A DNA stretch of 64,000 nt, taken from assembly GCA_977017575.1 (NCBI GenBank), contig CDRNVI010000177.1:1-64000 (forward strand), written 5' to 3'. Each line of letters begins with the position of its first letter. Within the stretch, counting starts at the first letter, position 1. The notes below the pieces were generated by a model. It worked only from the letters and a program-made list of their open reading frames with translations. It searched no databases and had not been told where the DNA came from. Source of the stretch: Paramoeba atlantica (lineage: Eukaryota; Protista; Discosea). The position numbers and the translations under genes were made by a program. Below, one piece after another: positions 34,701 through 45,984 of this stretch.

Positions 34701-36060
34701 TAATTTGTCTCTTCCACAAAGACCCCAGATTAAGCGGAACCTTTTGAAATTCTTTTTGAGGGGTCTTCCAACTGTGGATAAGATTGCCCATTTTATATCT
34801 GTGAGTCCACTTTGTCGGCTGTGTAGGAAAGCCAAAGAGTCAAGGGTGCACCTCCTTGAAGAATGTCCAAAAGCTAAGGCAATTTTGAAAACTATTGGGA
34901 GGAGATGCTTTGTTTTAAAGATTCCTGGGTGGGAGAGTGCCGACTTTGTGTGTGGATTTACGAACCAGTATCTAAAGAAGGCTGAAGCATCTGCAGTGAG
35001 TGCAGCCCTATTGAGCTTGTGGATCACTGTATGTGCAGAAGGATCGAAGTCCCCAAGCTTTGCTGTTAAAATTTTTGATGAAATTGCTAAGACAAACAAG
35101 ATGATCCCCAAACAAACTATAAGAAAGGCTCCCCCCAAAGGTAAAAGAGAAGTGAAACAACCAAAGTTCAAGTACCCTGCCTTGCAAGTGTTTTATGATG
35201 GCTCTGGGCATGTAGACCCCCACATCGGGGGAGCTGGGTATGTGATTATTAAGGAAGGTTTGGAGGTTGGAGGTGGATTTGAAACAATCCCACTAGGCTC
35301 AAATAACTTGGGTGAGTTTTCAGGATGCTTAGCTGGTCTACAACAAGTTATTGGCTTTGGGCAACATGTAGAGATGGTGGGAGATTGTAAAATTCTGACT
35401 GAGGCAGCGCCTAAGACAAAACCAATTGATAACTTTGAGCTCAATGAGATCCTATCTGAGATCAGAAATATTGCTGAGAGTAAATTTACCAAAGTGGAGT
35501 ACACTCATGTGTATCGCGAATTCAACAAGAGGTCAGATGTGATTGCAATAGCAGCAAGTCACTCTGAAGAGAATGGGATGGAAGCTGTGTTTGATAGGAA
35601 CTGGGATCCAAGATCGAAACAACTAGCAACAACCAGTGAGGAATGGATTATCGAGAATTCCAAGCTGTGGAAGTGGGTGATGGAACCATTGGATTTGGAT
35701 TGGAGCTTCCCTGTGAAGAAAGTTCAGTTTAAGAGGAGGTTTAAGGACAAGGTGATTACAACTAATAATGTTTACTTCCCAGTACAAGCTGCACTGGATG
35801 GGGTGATGATTTCTCCTGTGTTCATTTCAGATGATATTGTCAAGTGGTTTCCAGAAAGAGCTGCACCTGGAGAGATGTTAGAAAGTTTTGTTGAAAAAGA
35901 AAACCGGAAATGGAGAGAGGAGTATGAGCAAGCAAGGAACTGTTGGTTGAAGAGTGCAATGAGACCTTCCATTGTAAGGAAGATTATTAGGCCTATTAAG
36001 GCTGTTAAGAAGAAAAGAATTTTGAAAGAGATTCGAATGAGAAATAGAAAGAAACATTAG
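31705..36060 (+). CDS. LINE ORF2: APE, RT, zinc finger and archaeal-type RNase H (in-frame TGA at 33139 and 33859)
   Basis: ORFs 31705-33141, 33151-33861 and 33913-36060 share one frame. Motifs ISWNMNG, LIQESH, GGDFN, FRPISITN, DFCKAYD, GFMDD, YLG, CRLCRKAKESRVHLLEEC, FYDGSG, SNNLGEF, VGDCK and HVYREFNKRSD. Confidence 0.95.
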
Positions 36061-36205
36061 AGCTTTTGGCCACTAAGTTGGCACTGAAGTGGGTTGATCC
36101 TACTTGATTATAACAATTTAATTTAAGTGTATTCTTGGGTGTCCAGATTACACTTCATTTCAATAAATGGCATCTCTGATGTCTAAAATTAAAAAAAAAA
36201 AAAAA

Positions 36206-37330
36206 GAGAGGAGATTTGGAAATCACAAAGTCTCTCTTGAGGGAAAAGAGAGTTGAGGGGGGTGGGGGGAGTGGGAAGTTGAGAAATTAGTTGGAACTTG
36301 TTGATAACTGTTGAAGAAAGGGGTTGAAGTTGAGCATCAAATTTCAGGGAGGGGAATTGAAAGAGCTCATATTTTCTAATATTTTAATTATTTTTTTTTC
36401 CTTTTTTTTTTCTTTTATTTACCATCTTCTGTTCTATTTTTTAGTATTTCTTTCCTTTTTTTTAATTAACTTCCAACTTAGAAGGGTTGGCACCTGTAGT
36501 TTAGTTATAAATTTGATTATGTTCCACCCTAGGGGGGTGAGTTCAAATTCCAGTTTTTTGATATAAAAGAAAATTTTTCTGGTGCTATAAAGTGATTTGA
36601 TTGGAGTGAGGAGTTTTTGAAGAAGTGTGAAAATTGGAACAGATTACATCTCAGCCCTGTTTGCTAAAAAGTTGAGGATAAATTCCCTTGAAAGGAGCTT
36701 TGGATTATTCTTTCTTCTGATGTGCATTCTCTAGCTTGAATTTACAGAAGTTCTAAAGTTCAACATAAAAACCAACTGAACTAAGCTAAAGTTTAAAACT
36801 TCATCTTTTGTTAAAAGTTAAAAACAAACATAATTTAATGTAATTCAAATGGTTTAGATTAAGAACTACTAATTGAATAAAGTTTGTCTTAAAAAGAAAA
36901 AAAAAAAACTTTTAATTTAGAACTTTTTTTTAACTTTTTTTCTTTTTTTCTAATTTTTTTTTTTTTTTTCTTTAAACTTTTCCTCTTTTTCTTTTAAACA
37001 ATAGAAAAGCTTTCTTGAAGGTCATTTGAAGATAATTTTGAATTTCCATCAAGATCAGTATTCTAAAGATAAGAGGGAAAGAGGGAATTAACAATTTTTT
37101 AACTATTGTTAGAATGAAAATCAAATGAAAAAGATGAAAATTCATGTTTATTTGAATTACTAAAAGAGATAATGTTTTTCTGGTTTTACAAACTAATGGT
37201 GATGTTCTTTTTCTTGATTACTTTTTTGACTTGTGATCTAGGGACTCCATAGGAAACACCTTCAGAGGAGAGGAACACTTTGGACACCAGTGGAGGAAAG
37301 AGGGAAAGAAACATTAGTGGAGGAAGAAGG
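36206..37330 (-). pseudogene. Probable upstream continuation of the family-2 LINE (ORF2 N-terminus, A-rich spacer, ORF1 end)
   Basis: Removing LINE B and the CAC element joins this sequence to the VLSWN frame (..SKSPLEFNPSNLS..). ATTGTTTAAAAGAAAA near 36990 mirrors the GTTGTTTAAAAAA ORF1 end of copy B. Confidence 0.5.
36485..36906 (+). mobile_element. SINE family A
   Basis: Colinear with 1635-2053. Degenerate TSD AACTTCCAACTTAGAA / AACTTTTAATTTAGAA, differing by C>T changes. Confidence 0.92.
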
Positions 37331-37345
37331 GGAAGGGACATCTCT

Positions 37346-37668
37346 TTTTTTTTTTTAATATTGGACTTTATTAGATGATGGTCTAACCCAAAGCTACTAA
37401 TTTTTTAAGGTTAAAAATAACAAGGATAAAATTTCACTTCTTTAAGTTCAAATGGTTTAAAAACCTTTAATTCACTCAAACTCCTTCTTAAGGAATTTAT
37501 TCTCTGCTTTTTAGCAGACAGAACAAAGAATAATCTATTCTGTAATTCACATTCAAGTGAGTAGGAAGAGAAAATAATGTTTTAATATTTTCCTTTTTGG
37601 GATTTGAATCTACAACCTTGAATTGAAGCAATAGTTATTTTACCAACTAAGCTATTATGCTACAATTG
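37346..37668 (-). mobile_element. SINE family B, full length (about 323 bp)
   Basis: Head TAGCTTAGTTGGTA...GATTCAAATCCC and an A tail. 15-bp TSD GGAAGGGACATCTCT (37331-37345) / GGAAAGGACACCTCT (37669-37683), 13/15. Confidence 0.9.
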
Positions 37669-38354
37669 GGAAAGGACACCTCTAGAATTTCTCACTTTAT
37701 TACTTTTTTCCTTCTTTGCAAGAATGGTTTTGAAAATTGTGTTTAATTTTTTAACTTCCAATATTTTGTTTATGTTGCCTTTCAATTTCTTTTTACTTTG
37801 CCTCACTTTCTCTCTATCTTTATTGATTATTTTTCTTGTTTTTTCAGCTTACAATTTTATACTGGTGTGCACTGTTTTGAATTATATTTCTGGCAGCCAT
37901 CTTTGACTTAGCACATGGTTTTTCAATAAACACAGTTCTGATCACACCTATTTTTGTTTTTCTCCTTATGTTATAGAAGATTCATGTTATTTTTCTTGTT
38001 TCTTGGAGATTATTTTTGTATTTATCAATGTCTTTTTTTGCCTGTTATGACATTCTGTTTTAACTTTGTTCTTTGTTTTGCCCAACTATTCTTTTAATTT
38101 TATTTCTATTTTATAGATTTTCTCTGCCTTTGATTTGCTTAAGATGATTTCTTATTGATTTCCATGCTTTATTTTTGTTGGTGAATCAATTCAGTCCTCT
38201 TGCTCATTGTTTGTTTTGGTTATTTGTCTTTGGTTATGCTTTTAGAACAACATATTATTTGGAATTAACATTCTGAATAACTTCAGCTTACACAACACTG
38301 TTTCCTTGTATAATCTTGACTTGAGTTTTGTTTGTCAACATTTCTCAAAGCCTC

Positions 38355-38935
38355 TTCATGTTCCTCAATCTCTTCTTTGTGTTGGATATTGTGATTGTTG
38401 GTTCTATTTGAAAATTTTCATAATTCTTTCTGTTATTTCAATTGGTCTTTGTTGATGTTTGCCTCATGCTTACAAATTGCATTTTGATGATTATTTTATT
38501 GTTGATTTTGAGTTGAGCCCTAATCAAACTTTTTCTCTTGATTCAATGAATATTTGTGATCATTTGTATTGATTGAATGATGGTTGTGTAGTTTTAATAC
38601 TCATTTCTATCTCATTTTGGATTCATGGATTTGTATTTTCAGATTTTTGTTCTTCAACTGCCATTTCTGATTGTGAATTTGTGATTGTGGATTTGCTTGA
38701 CTGGATTTATTCTTATGTTTGACAATTTCTCATTTTGTTTTGTTTCCTCAAAGCTTGATTGAATTTTTCCCTCTGTCTTGATGATATTCTTAAAAATTCC
38801 TGATATTTTCAAAGTAATTCTGGATTGAATTTGTACTTTTTGAATCTGAATGTACTTTATTATTAATCTCTTTGGATTTTTCATCTTGTTATCTCAAATT
38901 CCCTGCCTGTGAATTTGAACTCTTATTTCTAATTG
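38355..38935. repeat. Direct repeat of about 580 bp (copy 1) flanking the unclassified repeat
   Basis: Near-identical to 41885-42466; spacing is about 3.5 kb. Confidence 0.88.
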
Positions 38936-41880
38936 AATTCATCCCTGTGTTGATTTTATTGAAGAAATAATTGATTCCATCTTCTTGTTTTTCTTGTAAC
39001 AATATCATTTTGAATTTATCATTCTTGGATTGATGCCTCAGGATGATTCTTTTTGTTCTTTTGTTTTTGGTTGATGATGGAAATTCTCCTGATTTCCTTT
39101 TTTGCTTTGAAATTGTTGAATTTATACCTTCCTTTTACCTTTTGTAATTTTGATTCTGGACTTTATTTTCACTTGGATTCTTCTCTCAGATATTCCTACT
39201 TGAATTTTGAAATCCATTTTGGTGTTAAAAGGGTGTTCCATTAAAAAATTGTGTTTGTGTCATTTCAGATGTACCACCCCCAAAGCTGTTTTGATTTTGG
39301 TTACTGCACTTTCCCTCAAGTTATGACCTTTCTAATTTGATTTGTTTGTTTTGAAGTTGATTCAATTGCTGATGCTTCTCTTTTGTCCTCAATACTCTTT
39401 GTTCTAAATTTCTTTTCTTTTTGAAAAACCTCAATTTGCTTTTCCTTCTATCATAGTCTCATGTTTTTGTTTATTCTTTGGTAATGATGCTGATTCTTGA
39501 ATTTGATTTGTAATGGCTTTATTTTCAGCAAGTTCCATTGAGCATCTTGCACCATTTACACCCTATTCTAATTATTGGTTGATTTATTGGAATTAAGTTT
39601 TTTCTTGGTTTTTGATAAGTTGATTTTGGATTTCCTCTATTGATTCAGTTTTGTGATTTGATGGTTAATACTTTCTCTTGTTTTGAAATGCCTTTATTGT
39701 GATGAAATCAAAATATCAAATTGAAAAAGAGTGTTTGTGTGACTTGTAATTAATTTCTTGGCTTCACCTAAAATATTTTGGTATTATTCAATTTCCTTTG
39801 TTATTCCCTATAGTTTATTCTTATCAAATTATTGTTGTGCAATTTAATCTTTTGATCTGGTTTTCACTTTTCAATTCTCTCTTGTTTTATGGTTGATTGT
39901 GAATATTGTTTCTTCTTCCTCTGTTTCAATGTTATCATCATTTTTGAAGATTGTTATCCCATTTCTTTCTGTTTTGTCTGCAATTTGATGATTGCTTTTA
40001 TCTTTGCAATCCCTTAAACAATGCCTTCCAACATTACTTTGCTTTTGAGACACCTGTTACCTTTGAAGGGAGTTCTCATGTCCCCTTTTTGTTCTTTTGT
40101 AACTCCATTGCTTCATTTTTGTTCTTTCAAGGGAGTTCTGAGTTTTATTTTCTCTAACTCTCTGAGTTTTTGTTTTTCTCACCCTTGCAATGGATTTTCA
40201 CTGGCCTCATAACATTTTTTCTTTGATGTTCTTCTTTCAGCTTGTGTTTTTCTCACCTCTCTTCTCAAATCTCAATGCAATTGTAACATTTGTTGGTTTG
40301 ATCAACATTTATCTTTTGTGTAACAACATATTTGTTTTTACATATATGATGTGTGATTTATCTTTGAAAATTCATTCCCTAAATTTTGAAAATGTGTACC
40401 TGAAATGCTTTGCCTCTGAACCATGTTTTCAACACTATTCTGAATGATCTTTTTTGTCTTTTTTGTTGTTGTTGTGCTTCATTCCTGTTGCTCTCTGTCC
40501 AATGTCTTTCTTGCCCATTCCCAATCATTTCTGAAGCTTGTAACACTTTGATAATTTCTGCTGAACTTTTGATTTCTTTGTTTTTGTTGAAAACATTTTG
40601 ATTTTCTACTCTCAATCTCACTGGTTCATCTTATGATGACTTGTTTTGCTTTTCTTTGAAAAATTCTTCTTTTCAACATCTTCAACACCTTCCTCTCTCA
40701 ATGATGAGTAAATGTAGCATACCCAGAGGAACTATGCAATAGTAATTCCTGTTGAACACTTATCCTTTCTCCCTTCCAATCCTCACTCAATGATGAATGA
40801 ACATAGCATTTCTGAGGATTCAATGCACCACCTGTGTTTCCAATAGTGAACATAAATTCCTTTCTTCCTATTTCCTGCTGTTTTTGTTGGATTGACTTCT
40901 CCTTCCCTGGATTGTATTATTTTTGAATTTTTGAATTGAATTCTCTTGTCTTGTTCTTCATGTCCATGCCTTAAGTTCTCTGATTATCTTTTGTATTCTC
41001 ATGTTAATCCCTCTTTTGCTTCAAAGTAATATGTTTTGGATTATTGATTGCTTTTGCACCAATTCCTTATGTTTTTCCATTCTATTCAATTGATATTTGT
41101 TTCTGTGATTTTGTGATTTATTCTGATTTCCTCAATGGCTTGATATTTGGTTTAATGATGGAGTCTGTTTGTCTCATCTTGATTTGCTATATTAAATATA
41201 AATCCTATTTGTTTTGCTGCTTTGCTTTAATTGCTCTTGATTTCTGATGTGTTGTGAAATTCTTTCTTCTGATTTATGTAAAACATATTCATTTGGAAGA
41301 GTGTGTCAGAATCCTGGTGTGAACTAATTCTATGTTATGCAAATTAATTTGTTTCTCTTTGTACACTACTGTGCTTCCCTGTTGTGTGAATATCTCTAAT
41401 AAACATTTGTAAGATTATATAAACTGTTTTGATTCTGCATGTATTTCTATCTCTCTCATCTGAGCTCTTCCCATCCAGTTCTCACTCTAAATTCAAGTTG
41501 TTCCCTTAATATTTTCACACCATTTTATTTATCTATTTCATATTATCTTTACATCAATTAATCCTATGTTCTGTAACATTTATCTGTAATTTAATTTCTC
41601 TGCCACATTCTTTTTCTTGTATGTTTTTGTCTTTCATTCTGTTTTGCTTCTTGTCAATTCCACATTTATTATATTTGTTGTTTCATATGAATACTTTTTT
41701 TGTTTGTTGGTAAAAGGAATAAACTTACTTAATTGGTTTCCTTTGCAATGCATTGCCAATCTTTCTCATAATTTGCTCTTGACTTTTCTCTTTCTTTTTT
41801 TTCCCTTTCTTCCCTTTCTTTCTTTCCTTCACCTACCCACTTTTTCCTTCTCCAAACTCCTGGCCACTTCACACTCAATA
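38935..41880 (-). repeat. Unclassified decayed repeat of about 3 kb (copy 2)
   Basis: Inverted counterpart of 21780-24735. Confidence 0.85.
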
Positions 41881-41884
41881 CCTC

Positions 41885-42466
41885 TTCATGTTCTTCAATC
41901 TCTTTTTTGTGTTGGATATTATGATTATTAGTTCTATTCGAAAATTTTTATAATTCCTTCTGTTATTTCAATTGGTCTTTGTTGATGTTTGTCTCATGCT
42001 TACAAATTGCATTTTGATGATTATTTTATTGTTGATTTTGAGTTGAGTCCTAATCAAGCTTTTTTTCTTGATTTAATGAATGTTTGTGATCATTTGTATT
42101 GATTGAATGATGGTTGTGTAGTTTTAATACTCATTTCTATTTCATTTTGAATTTATAAATTTGTATTTTCAAATTTTTTTGTTTCTCAACTGTCACTTTT
42201 GATTGTGAATTTGTAATTGTGGATTTGCCTAACTGAATTTATTTTTATGTTTAATAATTTCTTCTTTTGTTTTGTTTCCTCAAAGCTTGATTAGATTTTT
42301 CCCTCTGTCTCAATGATGTTTTTAAAAATTCCTGATATTTTCAAAGTAATTTTGGATTGAATTTATACTTCTTGAATCTGAATGTACTTTGTTGTTAACC
42401 TTTTTGAATTTTTTACTTTATTATCTCAAATTCCTTGCCTATGAATTTGAATTCTTATTTCTAATT
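41885..42466. repeat. Direct repeat of about 580 bp (copy 2), ending at the DNA transposon
   Basis: Matches 38355-38935 up to TTCTAATT, where the pogo-like TIR begins. Confidence 0.88.
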
Positions 42467-42467
42467 T

Positions 42468-44710
42468 AGGGAGCATGGCAAAATTTTATGCCATTTGGCT
42501 TTTATTTTGCTCCATTTTTTGGGGTAAGTTTTGTTCAAAATGAAAAAGTAAAAAGCAGAATTTTATTATACTTGCCAGTCCCATCCCTTTGCTGCTTGCA
42601 GGAAGGGTTGGACTGATTCACTAGAACTAGAACAAGAAGGATTTGGTGGTGGTGGAGAACGTTTTGAAGGAGGACCTTTAACAACAACACATCCATTTGC
42701 AGGTGAAGATTTTGGATCATCAACGACACAAGAGGAGGAAGTGGGTCGCAGAAACTCATCAAGATGTTTTGGGATATCTTTTTGGACACTCCTCAACTCT
42801 TTCTCATATAATTCGGTCAATCGGCCTTCTTTCTCAAGCAAATACACTTGCGCTCGATCCCGCATTCTTGATATTACTTTCAATTCTGTTATTTCTTCAT
42901 TGGCAATCCCATACTCTTTCAGTCGTTGCACTAATTCTGATTTCTTCAAGTTTTTCAAGGAAACCCATTCCCTGTGGATTTGCAGTCGTGCAAGACACTC
43001 AGGAGAAGATAAACATCTCACCTGTTTTGTTCCAAAAACAATCTTTCCACTTTCCACTTTTCGTTTTTCCTTTTTTTCTTCAAACTTCTTCTTCTTATTT
43101 CCTCTTTCAAGAACTATATCTGCAAGTTCATCAAGCCTCTTCTGTTCTTTCTGCTTTTGCTGTTTGACTTGATACTTTTTCACTTCACCAACAGACTTCA
43201 GAGAATCGAGCGGGAATAAGTCTGTTTGTTTCCAGGAAATAGAAACGGCATGACTCATATTTTCGTTTTTCAACCTACAGAGCACGAACAAGGCGATATT
43301 GCGGTTTTCCACCAAGAGGTCCAATGCAACCTGTTCTTCAAGCTCTTTATCCAAGTTGGCTTTAAACTGTTTGTTGGCTGAGTGATCATTGGGTTGGAGA
43401 ATACTTGTTGTATGTGATGGAAGGCAAAGGACAATGATTCGATTCTTTGCGGCAAGAAACAAAGACTCAATTGAGAGATGTGAGAAATGCCCATCAAGAA
43501 GCAGCACAACAGGTTTTTCAGTTTTCACCCTTTTTCTTTTCCAAAGGATAAAATTTCTCAGCTACTCAATCCAGGTTTCCTCGTCCTGATATCCTGTCCC
43601 ATTGACTGACATCATACACTCTTCCTCTTCAGGAACACCAGCAAGGTAATTTCTCCAGCAATTCCCCATAATCTTTTCTCTTTCTTTCTCTCTTTCTTTT
43701 TTCTCCAGCAACCACTCTCACCTCCAAATCCTCCTCTTTCTCTTTTTCTTTTTCTTTTTCTTTTTCTTTTTCTTTTTCTTTTTCTTTCTCTTTCTCTTTC
43801 TCTTTCTCTTTCTCTTTCTCTTTCTCTTCTTTCTCCTTCTCCTTCTCCTTCTCCTTCTCCTTCTCCTTCTCCTTCTCCTTCTCCTTCTTTCCTAGGTCAT
43901 CTTGAAAAAGAAAAAAGGGAAGCATTACCACACCTCCATCCCCAGGTGAGGTACAAAGAGTGACAGTGACATGGAGATCAACTTTCGAAATTTCCTTGTT
44001 GAGATACTTTTTTCCGGTCACAAGACAAAATTTTCGATCAGCCAGCTGGATCCCAACCTCATTGACATTAAAGAGATGGTTTGGATCTTTTCCAGTCAAC
44101 TCAAAACATTTCTCTCAGATCTGTATAAAATGGGAAAATCGCTCTGGATCATCCATTGCCTGGATTCTCCCCCGATCAGCAGCACAGACTTTGGTGAGCT
44201 TCAGATCTGTTTTATTCAGGTACCTCCCAATTGTTCGCTGGCCAATTGGTTTTCCACCCTCCTTTCCCCCAAATCAAGAGATATATTCTCCGATCTCTCG
44301 CCGAGTGAATTGGGTGTTGGTTGAAGACTCCATAGAGAGCAAGAAGAGGCTCATCTTGTCTTGGTTTTCTTTCGAGAGAATTGGTGGCTTTCCACGAGGT
44401 TTGTGCCCCTCTGCAAGGTAAGATGAAAGGATTTTCTGGTTCAGAGAGAACTTTTTTGCAGCTTGTCTCACTGACAGTCCAGTTTTCTGTATATGCTGTG
44501 CAGCAGCCTTGAAATTTTCATGTTTTGGCATTTTAAAAGACAAAATAAATTTTTCTCAACCACCTCAAGTTGTTTATTCTTCCCTCTTTCAATGAAAAAG
44601 GGAAAAAAACATGAAAACATGAAAATTTTTCTGGGCCAAACTCCCCAAAAATCAAATAAAAATTGGGGCAGAATTTTGGCCAAATGGGGTAACTTATCGC
44701 CCATCACCCT
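42468..44710 (-). mobile_element. pogo/Fot1-like Tc1-mariner DNA transposon (decayed)
   Basis: Transposase remnant inside. Degenerate terminal inverted repeats of about 50 bp (shared CCATTTGGC core) in TA-rich flanks. Confidence 0.75.
42566..44531 (-). pseudogene. DDE_1 (pogo/CENP-B type) transposase with N-terminal HTH
   Basis: LSVRQAAKKFSL HTH, LFNVNEVG (first D replaced by N), VVLLLDGHFSH and LPSHTTSILQPND. Stops and frameshifts present, plus an in-frame (EK)n insertion. Confidence 0.88.
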
Positions 44711-44814
44711 TATTTTATTATTTTTTTTTTAAGTAAAAAATTTAAATTTAAAGAAATTGATTTTTAAGATTGTTTCTTTTTTTTTTTTTTTTTTAATTTT
44801 TGATTTTTTGATTT

Positions 44815-45555
44815 TTGATTATTTCCCAATCACTTTTTTCAATGTATAATTCAATATTTGTATTATTTTCATTTTTTCTCAATTATTATTTAGTTTTTGA
44901 TGTTTAAAAGTTCATTTCCAGACAAGTTACAAATAAAATTGTACTTTTTACACAATTTTACAATCTATTTGACTTATTTACAAAAAAAAAAACATATTTC
45001 CCTTTATTTTTGATCATTTCCCAACCACTTTTTTCAATGTCTATTTGTATTATTTTCATTTTTAGAAAATTGTTATTCAGTTTTTGATGTTTAAAAGTTC
45101 ATTTCCAAACAAGTTACAAATAAAATTGAATATTTTACTCAATTTTACAATTTATTTGATTTATTTACAAAAAAAAAAACATATTTCCCTTTGTTTTTGA
45201 TTATTTCCCAATCACTTTTTTCAATGTATAATTCAATATTTGTATTATTTTCATTTTTTAGAAAATTGTTATTTAGTTTTTGATGTTTAAAAGTTCATTT
45301 CCAGACAAGTTACAAATAAAATTGTACTTTTTACACAATTTTACAATCTATTTGACTTATTTACAAAAAAAAAAACATATTTCCCTTTATTTTTGATCAT
45401 TTCCCAACCACTTTTTTCAATGTCTATTTGTATTATTTTCATTTTTAGAAAATTGTTATTCAGTTTTTGATGTTTAAAAGTTCATTTCCAAACAAGTTAC
45501 AAATAAAATTGAATATTTTACTCAATTTTACAATTTATTTGATTTATTTATAAAA
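44815..45555. repeat. Tandem repeat: four units of about 190 bp in ABAB order
   Basis: ATTTCCCA anchors at 44821, 45016, 45203 and 45399 (periods 195, 187, 196). Alternate units share diagnostic variants. Confidence 0.92.
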
Positions 45556-45700
45556 AAAACTAAAAAACTAAAAAACTAAAAAACTGAAAAACTGAAAAAC
45601 TAAAAAACTAAAAAACTGAAAAATTGAAAAATTGAAAAATTGGAAAATTGGAAAATTGGAAAATTGAAAAATTGAAAAATTGAAAAATTGGAAAATTAAA
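45553..45700. repeat. 8-9-bp minisatellite drifting from AAAAAACT to GAAAAATT
   Basis: Seen directly in the sequence. Confidence 0.9.
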
Positions 45701-45984
45701 AGAATTGAACTTGAGACTTCAAAAATGAGAAATTGAAGAAAAGAACAACTAAACTATCATACTCATCTTTAAAAAAACAAAAAAATAAGAAAGTTAATGA
45801 GATTAGTTTAAATTTTTTTTTATTTTTTCTCTTTTAACATCATTTCTTTTGTATTAATCTTTTATATTTTTTCTTTAAAATAAAATCTAAAACTAATATC
45901 TTTTTTACTACTTTTCAAATTAAAAACTTCTCAAAATATTATTTTATCATACAAAAGAGTTTTTTATTCAAACTTTAAATCTTA

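Larger units (their letters stand above)
29210..36205 (+). mobile_element. Full-length L1-type LINE, copy B (youngest)
   Basis: Perfect 17-bp TSD GAGAGGAGATTTGGAAA at 29193-29209 and 36206-36222. Two ORFs with no frameshifts, a 3' UTR with AATAAA and an A15 tail. Confidence 0.97.

Noticed and set aside
45553-45700. Telomeric repeat
   Set aside because: The unit drifts along the array, has no G-rich strand and is internal. It is a minisatellite.
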